The notes below the pieces were generated by a model that searched no databases, was not told the origin of the DNA, and saw nothing but the letters and a program-made list of their open reading frames with translations. 64,000 bases of DNA from Octopus vulgaris (taxonomy: Eukaryota). Shown piece by piece: positions 11,791-24,560 of this stretch. The stretch covers positions 62,992,001-63,056,000 of the forward strand of contig OX597817.1 in assembly GCA_951406725.2 (NCBI GenBank). Reading direction: 5' to 3'. The translations under genes and the position numbers were made by a program. The stretch's first letter is position 1. The number at the start of each line of letters is the position of its first letter.

Positions 11791-11967
11791 ATGGGTATAC
11801 TGGGTTTCGTATATTTTTCCCCAGTGTCACGTGGATGGCTCTCTCACTCAATAATAATGGTAATAATCCTTTCCACAAGGCCTGAAATTTGGGAGCGGGG
11901 ACCAGTCGATTTCATCGGCTCCACTGTTCAACTGGAGTGAATGGTAAAGTCTACCTCAGTGGAATTA
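11788..11967 (+). repeat. Local duplicate of 10607-10795 inserted in (TA)n
   Basis: Near-identical across an element E / SINE B junction, with a 9-nt deletion. Confidence 0.9.
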
Positions 11968-12398
11968 TATATATATATATATAATAGTGGAATAGTTATA
12001 TCTTAAGAATCATAATAAAGATAAGTGTATAATATTAGCAATATTGTATTAATAAACAAATAAAGTACACCTGTGATTATTAAAAGGTTTTTAAATGTTT
12101 AAAAGTTCTTTCGATCGTTTCGCGTTTCGTGAACATACTTCTTCTTAAAATGAAATCCATATTATATTCTTTGCTTTTACGCATACCAAGTTGTGACAGT
12201 TATATAGCTTTTACAATGTCCATTCACTGCAAACCTCCAATATTTGCACGTTAGCACTTCCTTCACGTAACCATCCTCAGGTAGCCAAGGCCATTGTGAC
12301 AATTTTCTGAACCCACTCATCAAACAGTACGACGGCAAACATCATTCAGGTATTCATACCAGCAACTACTGCAGCCGTTAAGTCTTGAAAGTCGGAAG

Positions 12399-13785
12399 AT
12401 GAGGCTGTGGCCCACCGAGCCCGTCATGCTACATCTGTTGCTGCCGTTAGCTCTAGCGAGTCACCTCAACAACGGACCATCTGGCTGGCACGTCTTGCCA
12501 AAAATACTTCAGCTGCAAGGGCTGCAGAGTCTCCACAACAGCGCACAGCCCGAAGGAAGCGTAATGCCGAAACAACCGCTGCTGCAAGGGCTTCACAGTC
12601 TCCACAACACACAGCCCGGAGCGCACGTAATACTAAAACTGCTACAGCTGCACGGACTGCAACATCACCGGCACAACGCACCATCCGAAGGAAGGGTAAT
12701 GCTGAAGCTACTGCTGAGTCACTAGCACAGAGCACCAACCGAAGAATGCTGATGCTGATGCTGATGCTGCTACAAGGGCTGCAGAGTCACCAGCACAGCG
12801 CACAAATCATCAGGCTTTGAGTGCTGCTTCAATGTCCACTGCAAGGGCGTCAGAAACGGATGAACACATTACAATGCGGCTTCAAACCAATGCAAACTTG
12901 AAGGCTCTGCATAGTGACACATCAAAGCCACCGTGATGTTACCATCGAACATACGTCCATTATTTGTCCATTCTGTGCAGCATACAAGTGGCCAGGAGAA
13001 CCCAAAAGTTTATGCTGCTCAAACAGAAAGGTTTGCCTTCCGAAATATAGACAACTCCTGAACCTCTGAAGTCTCTACTACTTGGTGACTATCACGATTC
13101 ACCGCACTTCATCAGAAACATTCGGGCATACAATTCTGCCTTCCAAATTAACTACTCAATGTTTCATATATACTATAGAGTGGCAAAAAGGGATCTGCCG
13201 CACCCCCCATATCTTACTTTGGCTGGTCAGTAAACTGCGATCAACTGACGTAGATGCCGCTATTAACGCAGAATTTCCAGACCCTACGAACGATCCACTT
13301 CTCTACGACATCATTAAAAGCCATGCGGACATTACAATATAAAGTCACAGTGTATAGAAAGTGGCGATCAGTTGACACCGTTACCAACCTCGATTAGGTT
13401 ACACACTTTCCAACTGAATTTCTCAACTCCCAAGATCCTCCAGGACTCCCTCCACTAGAACTTCACTTAAAAGTTGGTTGCCATGTCATCCTCCTACACA
13501 ATCTAAACGCATCCACGTTTTGCATCAGAATTCGCCTTGTGGTCAAACAAATGATGAACCACGTCATTGAAGCCCAAATAATCACGGGACACGGCAAAAG
13601 CGATACCGTTTTCATTCTGAAAATTCCGCTAACTCCAACAGACTGTCCCTATCCAATGCAGAGACTTCAGTTCACTGAAAGATGTCGGATTGGACCTTCG
13701 AACATCGTGCTTTTCACATGGACAGTTCTACATCGGTTGTGTTCCAGGGTTGGCCATCCAGACAACTTGTTCATCATAGATGAAC
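12399..13785 (+). mobile_element. Helitron RepHel relic with large internal deletions
   Basis: N-terminal AARAAESPQQRTARR repeats; ICPFCAAYKWPGEPKSLCCSNRKV Zn finger; HFIRNIRAYNSAFQ; Rep motif 2 YTIEWQKG..HILLWL; Pif1 FPTEFLNSQDPPGLP, LKVG, CFSHGQFYIGCSRVG; frameshifts. Confidence 0.93.
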
Positions 13786-13802
13786 AAGTTGCAGGGTATA
13801 AA

Positions 13803-13805
<3 letters not shown>

Positions 13806-13870
<65 letters not shown>

Positions 13871-13923
13871 TGTGTGTATGTGTGTCTGTGTGTCCGTGTG
13901 TCTGTGTGTATGTGTCTGTGTGT
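13806..13923. repeat. (TG)n microsatellite
   Basis: Direct inspection. Confidence 0.95.
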
Positions 13924-14892
13924 AAACATATACATGACAGATAGATCGTTGAAAAGCAGTTGTTATGGCAATGTTGTTTAAAAGCACAATATATTGAAGA
14001 GACGAGAATCGTCTCATCAGCATCTATCGAGAACACTAGATACATTTCGGCCTCGTAGGATTTCATCAACGTCGTACAGTCTCAGCCTAACAAACGCTTA
14101 TACGAGATTTCTCACTTTCGATATATACAAAACAGGGGAAAACAGAAAAACATTCACTTGGACTATGAATAACCGCCGAGCTAAATGAAATGAAAATCAG
14201 TCATATTAAATAGAAGAATTATTAAATTGGAATAATGATCTATGCGCCTCACTCGATGTAAATACATCGTTAAAAGGCAATTTACTGCGGTATTCGCCCA
14301 GAGATACCATATCTGCTTCTAATGTTATATTTACATTAAGTTTGATACATAGATAGCTATTAGGTATGTGGCTAGAAATTTTAAATGGTGGGGTTAATTG
14401 ACTACACCCATCCCAGGGCTCAAGTGGTACTTTAGCCAACCATGGAGTGATATGCGGGATATCAAGGAAAGATGGTCTCGACAAGACTTGCACTTAGAAC
14501 GTAAAGATCCAAAATGCCACAAGGCATTTTTCGCGATTCTTTGATAATGTACGAATACTCAGTAATTATAATTTTTAAGATTGTGTCATGCAAATCTTAG
14601 TAAAACTGAGAGATATATTTTTTTTATATATTTATGGTGAAAATTTTGTCGTAGTATACTTATTTATCGTCTTAGTGATGTCAAAATATAACCCACGCTC
14701 TGCCAATGTTTTTCTTGGATCATTGTTTGCAGTATTATTCACATGATGAAATACCTTAATATGGTAATTAAATATCTTCTTAAACGAACATCGTCTGTTA
14801 CACTGTCCTTTAAAAATCTAATCAAAAGATTTCTCCGCAGTCGTTGTAACTAATGATAAATAAAAAAAACATAAAGCTAAACGACAGATAAT

Positions 14893-15087
14893 GGTTTTAA
14901 AGTTTGGCATAAGGCCACTGCTTCAAGAGGGAAGTGGGTTAGTCGAATACATCAAGCCTAGTGCGCAACTGGTACTTATTTATCGACCGTGAAAGGATGA
15001 ATGTCAAAGTCAGCTTCGGTAGAATTTGAACTCACAACGTAAAGACGGTATTTAGCCCGGCGTGCTAATGATTCTACCAGCTGACCG

Positions 15088-15090
<3 letters not shown>
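14893..15090 (-). mobile_element. SINE family B
   Basis: Reverse match to family B head and central CATCCTTTC..GGTCGATAAATAAGTACCAG domain. Confidence 0.8.

Positions 15091-15176
<86 letters not shown>
15091..15176. repeat. (AAT)n microsatellite
   Basis: Direct inspection. Confidence 0.97.
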
Positions 15177-15180
15177 TAAC

Positions 15181-15541
15181 AATGGCCCTTGTGGCTTCTA
15201 ATCTTAACTGATTGGAAGCGTTATCATGTACATGTTTTTGTCTTTGTGTAAAAGATGAACTACAACAAATATTCTGCTCAATACCACAACAGAACTGACA
15301 AGTAAACTGCTTGTCAGTACAACTGACAAGCAATTTGCTTGTCAGTTGTTTGACCTTAACCGGATGTGCATGTCCCTTAGTTGCTGGCGATATATGTATC
15401 TCTAATCACGAGCAGTTGTGGGGGAGCATCATAGCCATGTGTTGAGAGGTATTCTTTGGGGTTTCAATAATTCACCTCTGGAAACATGGGTGTTTCCTTC
15501 ATCATCCTTAAACAACCCTTATCCAGTGACCTTTTTAGCGG
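15181..15541 (+). mobile_element. Family E element, 5' portion
   Basis: Aligns to ~10150-10465; follows (AAT)n. Confidence 0.85.
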
Positions 15542-15779
15542 TTATATCAAGCGATTATATCGACCCCGTTGCTGGACTAGCCCTTAATGTATCAACTCCG
15601 AAGTGATGAAAAGCAAAAACGACGAAGGCCAGCAAGTTTTATGAAAGAGTCATTACCGTCGACTTCCCTCCCATGTTCGGAGACATATAATCCGTAACCA
15701 TCCGGTCAGGTTCTCTAACAGTTAGAGAAACTAATGCTAATACTAAAACTAATACTACATTGTGCAATGTTAAACATTG

Positions 15780-16078
15780 TGGAGGCACATAGCCTAGTGG
15801 TTAGAGCAGCTGACTCACGGTCGAGGGATCAAGGGTTCGAATCTCAGACCGAGCGATGTATGTGTTTATGAGCGGAACACCTGGCTCCTGCAGAAGGTAA
15901 TGGCCAACTTCTGCTGACTCTTTCGCCACAACTTTCTCTCACTCTTTCCTCCTGAATCTTGCAGCGCACCTGCGACGGACTGGCGTCCCGTCCAGGTGAG
16001 GAACCTATACGCCAAGGAAACCGGGAAACCGGCCATTGTGAGCCAGGCGTGGCTCGAGAAGGAAGGAAAGAAGGAAGG
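15780..16078 (+). mobile_element. SINE family C, full length with 14-bp TSD
   Basis: AGCCTAGTGGTTAGAGC A box, GGTTCGAATCT B box, (GGAA)n tail; AATGTTAAACATTG at 15766-15779 and 16079-16092. Confidence 0.93.
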
Positions 16079-16471
16079 AATGTTAAACATTGACAAGATT
16101 TTAAAGAGTCGTAAACAGAAACCACAACGTAGTTTTGGCTGCATTCCATCGATTATAGAAATGTAGTGAAACTTGGCTAACAGAAGGTATTTGGGTATTT
16201 GTTAAACAGATCAAACAAAATGTGCCGATCGTTAAACAGCAACATTCACAGTTATAAAGTCAACCGTGATCAAAATATCGAATATTAAGTTATTTCCCTC
16301 CATCACCCTTTAATCACAACTCTATTGAATATTCGCTTGGTAAATCAAATATCTGGAAGGCAGATGTAAATTTAATGAAACGCTCAGACAATTATTTTTA
16401 TTATTAATAAATTTGTTTCAATGACAAAAAATATATTATTATTCTTTTACATTTCTGAATTTTATTCATTC

Positions 16472-16526
<55 letters not shown>

Positions 16527-16714
16527 TTTTTATTTATTTTTCAACTTAATTAATTTTATCTATTGTCTTTTTGATGTGTCCACATGAGAAAAGAAATTTC
16601 ATTATTTTTGTATTATATAGTTTTATAAATATTATTAAATTATTAGTTTCCTTTCCTCAATTGTATTTTTATTTATTTATTTTAGTTGGACACGAAAATC
16701 ATAGATACTAAACT

Positions 16715-16748
<34 letters not shown>

Positions 16749-17227
16749 TCTTACTCTTCCTCTCTCTATATAAAGGAGTAGAATTTCAGTTAGTGTTCTC
16801 TAATTTAGGAACAACGCCAGTAATTTTGAGGGGAGATGACGAGTCAAAACCATTGACCACATTACATGACTGGTAAGTTATCTTATCGATCCCACAGGCA
16901 AAGTTAATATTGATTAGATTTGATTTTAACGATTTTAACGATAAGATTTCAACAGTTTACCAAATTTTATTAATGCTTTGAAATTTAGGCATAATGCCAG
17001 TAATTAAGAAAGTAGGATTCTAGCCAATACCATCTACCCCAGTACATAACTGATTTTTTTTATAGCTCATCATTCGAAAAGAACAGCCTTATCACTCACT
17101 ATATATACTCAACTGTACGTTAAAGACACGATAGCCGGTAGTTTCGTGCATTGCATTGTAGTGCACAGAAGAAAGTTCTAGGCTTTACAGCCAAATAATA
17201 ATTATCTGTGTGTGTGTGCGCGCGCGC

Positions 17228-17284
<57 letters not shown>

Positions 17285-17319
17285 TGTGTAAATTTCATTT
17301 GTCTTTTAACTTTAGAGTT

Positions 17320-17622
17320 TGTTTTATTAAGCCCGTCCAGAGGTATCGGCTATCACATATAAGTATTAAACAGAAATCGTTCATAATATTCAACAATAAG
17401 CAAGAGGCACGAGAGCCGAGTATTCCGTACCTTGCATTGAAGTGCACAGAACGAAATTCCAGGTTCGTAAACCACTTATAACAGCAGGATAATATATATC
17501 TGTCCCGGAATTCCGTTTATGTGAAGAATATGTACGTCACAAATATATATCAATATCATTTGGATTTTTTAATTAATTTCTGTTTTATTAAGCCGTCCAC
17601 AGGTACCGGCTATCAGAGTAGT
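17320..17622 (+). mobile_element. Two tandem degenerate Helitron-like 3' termini
   Basis: TGTTTTATTAAGC(C)CGTCCA(G/C)AGGTA(T/C)CGGCTATCA at 17320 and 17581; second ends GTAG|T. Confidence 0.4.
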
Positions 17623-17639
17623 CTATCTCACTCAAACGT

Positions 17640-17970
17640 TTCCTGAATAATGGTTGTTTAAGGATGTTGAATGAACCACTCATGTGTCCAGAGGTGAACT
17701 ATTCAAACCCCAAAGAATTCTTCTCAACACATGGCTATGTTGTTCTCCCCACTACTTTTGTTCGTGATCAGAGATGCATATATTGCCAGTCACTAGTGGG
17801 ACATGCTCAACTGGTTAAGATCAAACAACTGACAAGCAAATCTATGGTATTGAACAGAATATTTGCTGTAGCCCATCTTTTATACCAAGACAAATCATGT
17901 ACATGATAGCACTTTCAATCAGTTGAGATCAGAAGCCATGAGAGCCACTGACAGGTACTGCATCAGTGCA
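17640..17970 (-). mobile_element. Family E element, 5' portion
   Basis: Reverse match to ~10128-10455; 5' end abuts (ATT)n. Confidence 0.85.
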
Positions 17971-18066
17971 TTTATTATTATTATTATTATCATTATTATT
18001 CTTGTTGTTGTTGTTGTTGCTGTTGTTGCTGTTGCTGTTGTTGTTGTTGTTGTTATTGTTGTTGTT

Positions 18067-18260
18067 TCTTTTCATTATGACTTTACTTCAGCTGCCTTAG
18101 TACGGGCATCCACTGGAAGCCAAGAGCAGCAAGGGCGCTTTTGATTTGATATCCATACTAAAATTATCAGCACATTTATTCCATTTTAGATGGAGAGTGC
18201 TTTCCTTTGTACATTAGCTGTGCCCATCAAGGTTATCTTTTGTAGTGCACGGAGAATGGA
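18067..18260 (-). mobile_element. R4/Dong-type 3' end
   Basis: Reverse LRALQKITLMGTANVQRKALSI*, then UTR and an (AAC)/(AAT) tract. Confidence 0.65.
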
Positions 18261-19030
18261 GTTTTCATCAACATTAGTATAGTAATATCACAAAAATATT
18301 CATTTAATTTGCTGGGAGAACTCGTATTTTCAAGAACATATACCTTTCGTCCAAGACGTTCTTATCACTTCATTAGCATATCATCATACTATAAGCAAAA
18401 CAAACAAGTGCATAATAAATCATGAATTCAAATTAACTGGTCAAGAAATAGGATGAATCGGAGAACAAAAGAACAAAGGAAAAAATAGATAACAAATGAG
18501 CATATAAATGAGAGATGAAATAGAAGATAAGGGATTTTTCTGTTTCCATAACCATGCGTCTCGTATCAATAGCCCGCGTGTGTTCTGATGTTGTTAAGGA
18601 AGCTGGATGCACAATTCCATCTCTATGTAATATGATATTGCTGTCTGTTATCTAGAGTTAATGGTCAAACATTTTCGCCAGCATTTAGATAAGAGTGAAC
18701 TTTTACTAGAATCATCTGATATGCTCTTCTATTTCTCTCGGATACGAAGACACAAACATTTTCTGGATAGATAAAACAGAGTTATTTCTTTGTTACAATG
18801 TTTCTTTAGTTATAAATACATCAGGACATTTATAATGTCCAGAGAATAAAAACCAAATTCACATATCATTTTGTGTGTGTGTGTGTGTGTGTTCATGTGT
18901 GTTGTGTGTGTGCGTGTGTGTTGTGTTTGTCTATGTCTGTGTATATGTGGGTGTGGATAGATGTGAGTGTCTGTGTGTGTCCGTGCGTGCCTATGTATTA
19001 TATGTATATAATATCAAAAAATAAACAAGT

Positions 19031-19207
19031 TAGACGTGGCTGTGTGGTAAGAAGCTTGCTTCTCAACCACATGGTTCTGGGTTCAGTTGCACTGCGTGGC
19101 ACGTTGGGTAGGTGTCTTTTACTATAGCCTCAGGCCGATCAAAGCCTCATGTCCGGACTTGGCAGGCAGAAACTGAAAGAAGCCCATCGTGTATGTATAT
19201 ATATTTA

Positions 19208-19238
<31 letters not shown>

Positions 19239-19382
19239 CTTTGTATCAGTGTTTGTCCCCACCATCGCTTCACAACCGATGTTGGTGTGTTTATGTCCCC
19301 GTAATTTAGCGGTTCAGCAAAAGTGACCGATAGAATAAGTACTAGGTTTACAAAGAATGTCCTGGGATCGATTTCTTTGACT
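19031..19382 (+). mobile_element. SINE family A, 3' truncated
   Basis: Matches family A head and body. Confidence 0.88.
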
Positions 19383-19394
19383 ATGTGTGTACTA

Positions 19395-19459
<65 letters not shown>

Positions 19460-20599
19460 GTGCGTGTATATATGCGTGTACCTATATTCGTAAATGTCTG
19501 TGTCTATGCACTTTTATACGGGTGCGTATATGTGCATGTCTATATTTGTGTATTTGTAAATTATATATTATCTGCCGGCGATAGTTTTAACTTTGAAGGT
19601 GAATCGTTACTTTTTCACCACCAATAACAGTATTGTTACTATTTATGTTATGATTATTGCCTACCAATTTGACTTGTCTTTGGTTGGTATCACTACTCTT
19701 ATTACTACTAAACTTATTGTTGATATTATTATTTTTCCTGATTAATTTCCTATTATTAAGTTTAGATATATAGTATCCAAAGTTGTTTGGTGTTGCATAC
19801 AATAGCTTCACTGTGTGTCAGTTTAAGATTTTGTGATATTTATTAGGTTTTGGGAAGTGTTAATCCAATGCACTGAAAAAAGTTCACAGAATTTCAGATG
19901 ATATTTGAAGTATGAATACAGGGTTATACCACAATATAGCCATCCTAGTTCATCCAGCAAATAGATTTTATACGTAATACTGATGAGTCGATATTTTTGC
20001 GATGTAGTGTAATAATACTGATGTAATGCATTTTTAGACATATCATATAATAAAAAGAATATAGTAATACTCTTCTGATAAAATATTGATGAAACAATTG
20101 TAAAATTATATAATAAAACGAATTTCTCTTTCCATTCTCCTTGTTGATAAGCATACATACATACATGTATACGTACACAGACTTTCATGCATACTTAAAT
20201 ACACACGAATAATATGTGTCTGTAAATACATGTATGCATAGACACGTACACACGATAGTATTACCGATCGAAGCCAAAGGGATTTTGTGTTATGTCGTTG
20301 AATTTAATTGCCATGTATTCTCCATTAAATTGTACTACTTTTATCCAATATTTTTTTTAATTATTTACCACAAGTTATTTCTTTAATATTTCCCTGAGCT
20401 GTTAGATGTACATTATTACCTATATTAACACGTATGAAATGCAAAATTTATTTTATAAGTGCATACTATGAGGGTTGCGCACATTCTCTGGTAAACACAA
20501 ACAATATTTTGTGCAATTAAATCAAACCCTGGTAAATGTATATATATATATATCATTATTAAATTATTAAATTCACATGGTAGAATATTGCCTTGATGA

Positions 20600-21150
20600 A
20601 ATAAACATCAGTGTTGCTTTGTCCTGATGGTGATTAAAGTTAGTGTGGTGTTGGAAACACTTTCGTATCTTTTGCAGGTTTCTGAAGCCTACATGCGTTT
20701 CGTATCTTACATTTTATGATTCGCTTCAGTGATGCAGAGAGGCATAGATTAGCCTTTCCTTGCAGAAGGTTTTCATTTGTGATCACCAGTCAATCAGCAA
20801 CAATCAACATGAACTGATTTCAACTGTCATGGCTATCTCCGTGCTGGTTTTCTTCAGTTGTTTCGATTCCAAATCAATCTTCTTCAGGAAAATAATGCAC
20901 TGATCTTAATTGGAAAGCGCGGCAGCCGACTTCTGTAGAGAATAAGGCTGCATGCCTTCCTTTGGCAAGAGTCTCGTCAGCAGAATCCGATATTTGGCTT
21001 TCTTCAGTTGATGAGATATTCCAAGTTTGTCCTCCCAGGGCCTTATATCATGGCTGTTGAAGAAATACCAAGTCAAGTCATTTTGTTTCTGTGGTAATTG
21101 AAATGATGATATTGTTTTCATTGAAATTCTAAGATTTCTTCCATTATAAT
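20600..21150 (-). mobile_element. Possible Tc1 transposase N-terminal relic
   Basis: Fragmentary LGISHQ, RSRLPR (GRPR-like) and KKTSTEIA readings; heavily decayed. Confidence 0.35.
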
Positions 21151-21382
21151 TTCCTCAATGCCCTTTGCATTGTTATATACGGCAAACAGTACAACCTAAC
21201 TTCTCGAAATAGAGGAAATAATATATGCAAAATTTTGCAAATATATGCATGCAGCGATTACTATTGAGTATGCCTTTGAAAGATAGTGTCAATAATGACA
21301 GGAAACAATGAAAAGTAGATAAGAAACTGAAACAGCGAAATGAATATAGTTAACCTGTGTGCACAATTATACTTTTCAACTC

Positions 21383-21770
21383 AAGACCCGAAATTTTGGG
21401 GGAGGGGGGAGCCAGTCAATTTGATCAACTCCAGTACGTAACTGGTACTTAATCTATCGACCCCGAAAGGATGTAAGGCAAAGGCGACCTCGGCGGAATT
21501 TGAACTTAGAACGTAACGGCAGACGAAATACCTATTTCTTTACTACCCACAAGGGGCTAAACACAGAGAGGACAAACAAGGACAGACAAACGTATTAAGT
21601 CGATTATATCGACCCCAGTGCGTAACTAGTACTTATTTAATCGAGACCGAAAGGCTGAAAGGCAAAGTCGACCTCGGCGGAATTTGAACTCAGAAGGTAG
21701 CGGCAGACGAAATACCTATTTCTTTACTACCCACAAGGGGCTAAACACAGAGAGGACAAACAAGGACAGA
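21383..21770 (-). mobile_element. SINE family B tandem units
   Basis: Repeated ~195-bp unit GGCAAAGTCGACCTCGGCGGAATTTGAACTC...CCCACAAGGGGCTAAACAC. Confidence 0.9.
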
Positions 21771-22205
21771 AGACGGGAGAGGTATGCAGTAATATATATC
21801 TGGAAGATCCTGGAAGGAATTGTGCCAAATTTTGGCATTGAAAGCTACACCAATACCAGAACGGAAGGACACTGCATAGTGCCAAAGGTCCCAGCAATAC
21901 CATCAAGCTTCAGGACCAGTTACTGCAACAGCCTGGGTTTCAAGGGCCACAGCTTTTTAATATTCTCCCAAAGAGTTGAGGAACTTGCACAAAGTAATTG
22001 TAGGGGTTTTTTAATCAAAGCTGGACCTCTTCATGTCGAGAATCCCAGATAAACTTACCTCACGGCAAGAGGTGCGAATGAGGGTAGCTATATCAAACTC
22101 CATTCTTCACTAAGTACCACATATTAGAGGAGGCTCTTAGTAATAACAGTGTAGCAAAACGGCGGTGCAACAACATGGCCGCAACTCTGAACTGAAACTA
22201 GAGAG
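21770..22205 (+). mobile_element. CR1/L2-group LINE 3' end
   Basis: RRERYAVIYIWKILEGIVPNFG...NSLGFKG(P)QLFNILP...SKLDLFMSRIPD; short UTR with family A-like tail. Confidence 0.8.
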
Positions 22206-22207
22206 AG

Positions 22208-22261
<54 letters not shown>

Positions 22262-22269
<8 letters not shown>

Positions 22270-23150
22270 GATGCATGTATATCACTGATTTCTTCGAACC
22301 ATCATGCTTAACAGTCTTGAAAATGTCCCTTCCATTCTACTTAAACAGTACATCTTCGAGATATTTCCATACACATGGCAAAACATCCCTAACCCTTTCC
22401 CTCCATTTGTCTCGTTCTACTTTTACCATTCTCACTATCGACCTGTTTCTCTCACTTCCAGTATCTTAAAGAAAATGGACACCGTTATCAATAGTCATCT
22501 TCTCCAACAGCTCAGTAGCAGTTGTATTTTTGCGAAGGTAGCCGTTTTCGAGGTCAGATATATTTGAAGTGATCTTAAAGTTTGTTTACTTTACAATGTT
22601 CTTTCGCGTGCCAACCAGCGGCTTGTAACTGTCTGTCGACTGCAGTGGGGTTTTGTTCGAATTTTTCTCTTGATTTCTTATAAGGAAGCGAATGCTTCCA
22701 TCATTTCGGAGTTGTCTCGATTGGTATCTGATACTGATGAGAACGTAAAGAGATTGAAATACATATATTGCTCCACAAACGGTACTCAGAAATGTCTCTG
22801 ATGCTTTATAACTTTAGCCTAAATGGACAGACAAACGGATTAAGTCGATTATATCGATCCCAGTGCGTAACTAGTACTTATTTAATCGACCCCGAAAGGC
22901 TGAAAGGCAAAGTCGACCTCGGCGGAATTTGAACTCAGAAGGTAGCGGCAGACGAAATACCTATTTCTTTACTACCCACAAGGGGCTAAACACAGAGAGG
23001 ACAAACAAGGACAGACAAACGTAAAGAGATTGAAATACATATATTGCTCCACAAACGGTACTCAGAAATGTCTCTGATGCTTTATAACTTTAGCCTAAAT
23101 GGAAATTTTTTTCTCCATGGCAAACCATAGTAAAAATGGCATTTTTACAA
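22262..23150 (-). mobile_element. Possible Tc1/mariner relic, interrupted
   Basis: Ends at (TA)n; C-terminal NG-GHFQ-like remnant near 22320; decayed. Confidence 0.35.
22825..23023 (-). mobile_element. SINE B unit flanked by 86-bp direct repeats
   Basis: 22742-22827 equals 23018-23103. Confidence 0.9.
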
Positions 23151-23368
23151 GTCGAATAGCTCAAATGAAATAAAAGTTGTGTAATACAAATATAACATTC
23201 ATTAATACAATGATTATAATAAATAAACACTCGACAAACAACAGTTTTCTCTTTTTAAGTGTCAAAAGACACTAGAAGAGAGCTGATGAAGAAAAGGACA
23301 GAAATATGGATTGGTAATTAGCCAAATAGAGACCACTGTAAACAGAAGACTAATCGTTTATTCCCATA

Positions 23369-23777
23369 GACGCAGAAGTGGCTGTGGTAAGAAGCTTGCT
23401 TCTCAGTCACATGGTTCTGTGTTCAGTCCCACAGTGTGGTAACTTGGGAAAGAGTCTTTTATTATAGCCCCGGGCCGACCAAATCCTTCTGAGCGGATTT
23501 GGTAGACGGAAACTGAAGAAGCCCGTCGTGTATATATGTATGTATATAGATATGTGTGTGTCTGTGTCTGTGTTTGTCCCACTACTACCACTTGTCAACC
23601 AGTGTGGTGTGTTTACGTCCCCGTAACTTAGCGGTTTGGAAAAAAAACATAGAATAAGTACCAGGCTTTAAAAAAATAAGTACTGGGACCTATTCATTCG
23701 ATTAAAATCATTTAAGGCGGTGCCCCAGCATGACCACAGTCTAACGACTGAAACTGATAAAGCTTAAAAGATAAAAG
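23369..23777 (+). mobile_element. SINE family A
   Basis: Head, body and tail match. Confidence 0.9.
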
Positions 23778-24329
23778 TCCGTGCACCGGTAAATTTGAAA
23801 GAAAGAAATAAGCATAGTGATGAATGTGTTTTCAAACAACACGCGTATTATGCGCCATGCAAAATGGATTAACTTTATACCGAAGCTAATAAAAGATCAT
23901 AAAATCAAAATGCCGAATAATCTCAGACGCGAAGATATTAGTGTATATTGGAGAATATATGCACGTACGAACCCTATGGCAAAATACGGCAATAGAGAGC
24001 GAGAAATGAAAACGTGGATAATAACTAAAGCAAAGAGCGTAAAAATAATCACTGAGTTTGTTTGTCATAAACAGAAGAAACGTATTATTTAACAACAAAT
24101 ATAATAGAATCAAGATCATAAACAGAAGTAAAAGGAAACAAGCGTTTTTGGCAATCAACGCCAGAAATACTTCAGAAGATACAAAAGAACTGATAGATGA
24201 GAGATGCTACAAAGCAGATATTGATAAGATATTTGTAAAAATAAAAAAAGGAAAAAATGTTAGAGAGAATATAAAAATTATCAATGAAAACGTAATGGAA
24301 ACAAAAGCTGGTTTTGTCTTAACAATATG

Positions 24330-24395
24330 TGTGTGTATGACTGTATATATTTATTTATATATGTATATGTATGAACATATAGGTATATATATATT

Positions 24396-24458
<63 letters not shown>

Positions 24459-24521
24459 GTATATGTATATATATATATATAAACACACACACATGTATAT
24501 GTGTGTACATATATGTGTGTG

Positions 24522-24560
<39 letters not shown>

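Noticed and set aside
15780-15855. tRNA gene
   Set aside because: tRNA-like A/B boxes run directly into a SINE body with tail and TSD; the same applies to the other SINE heads
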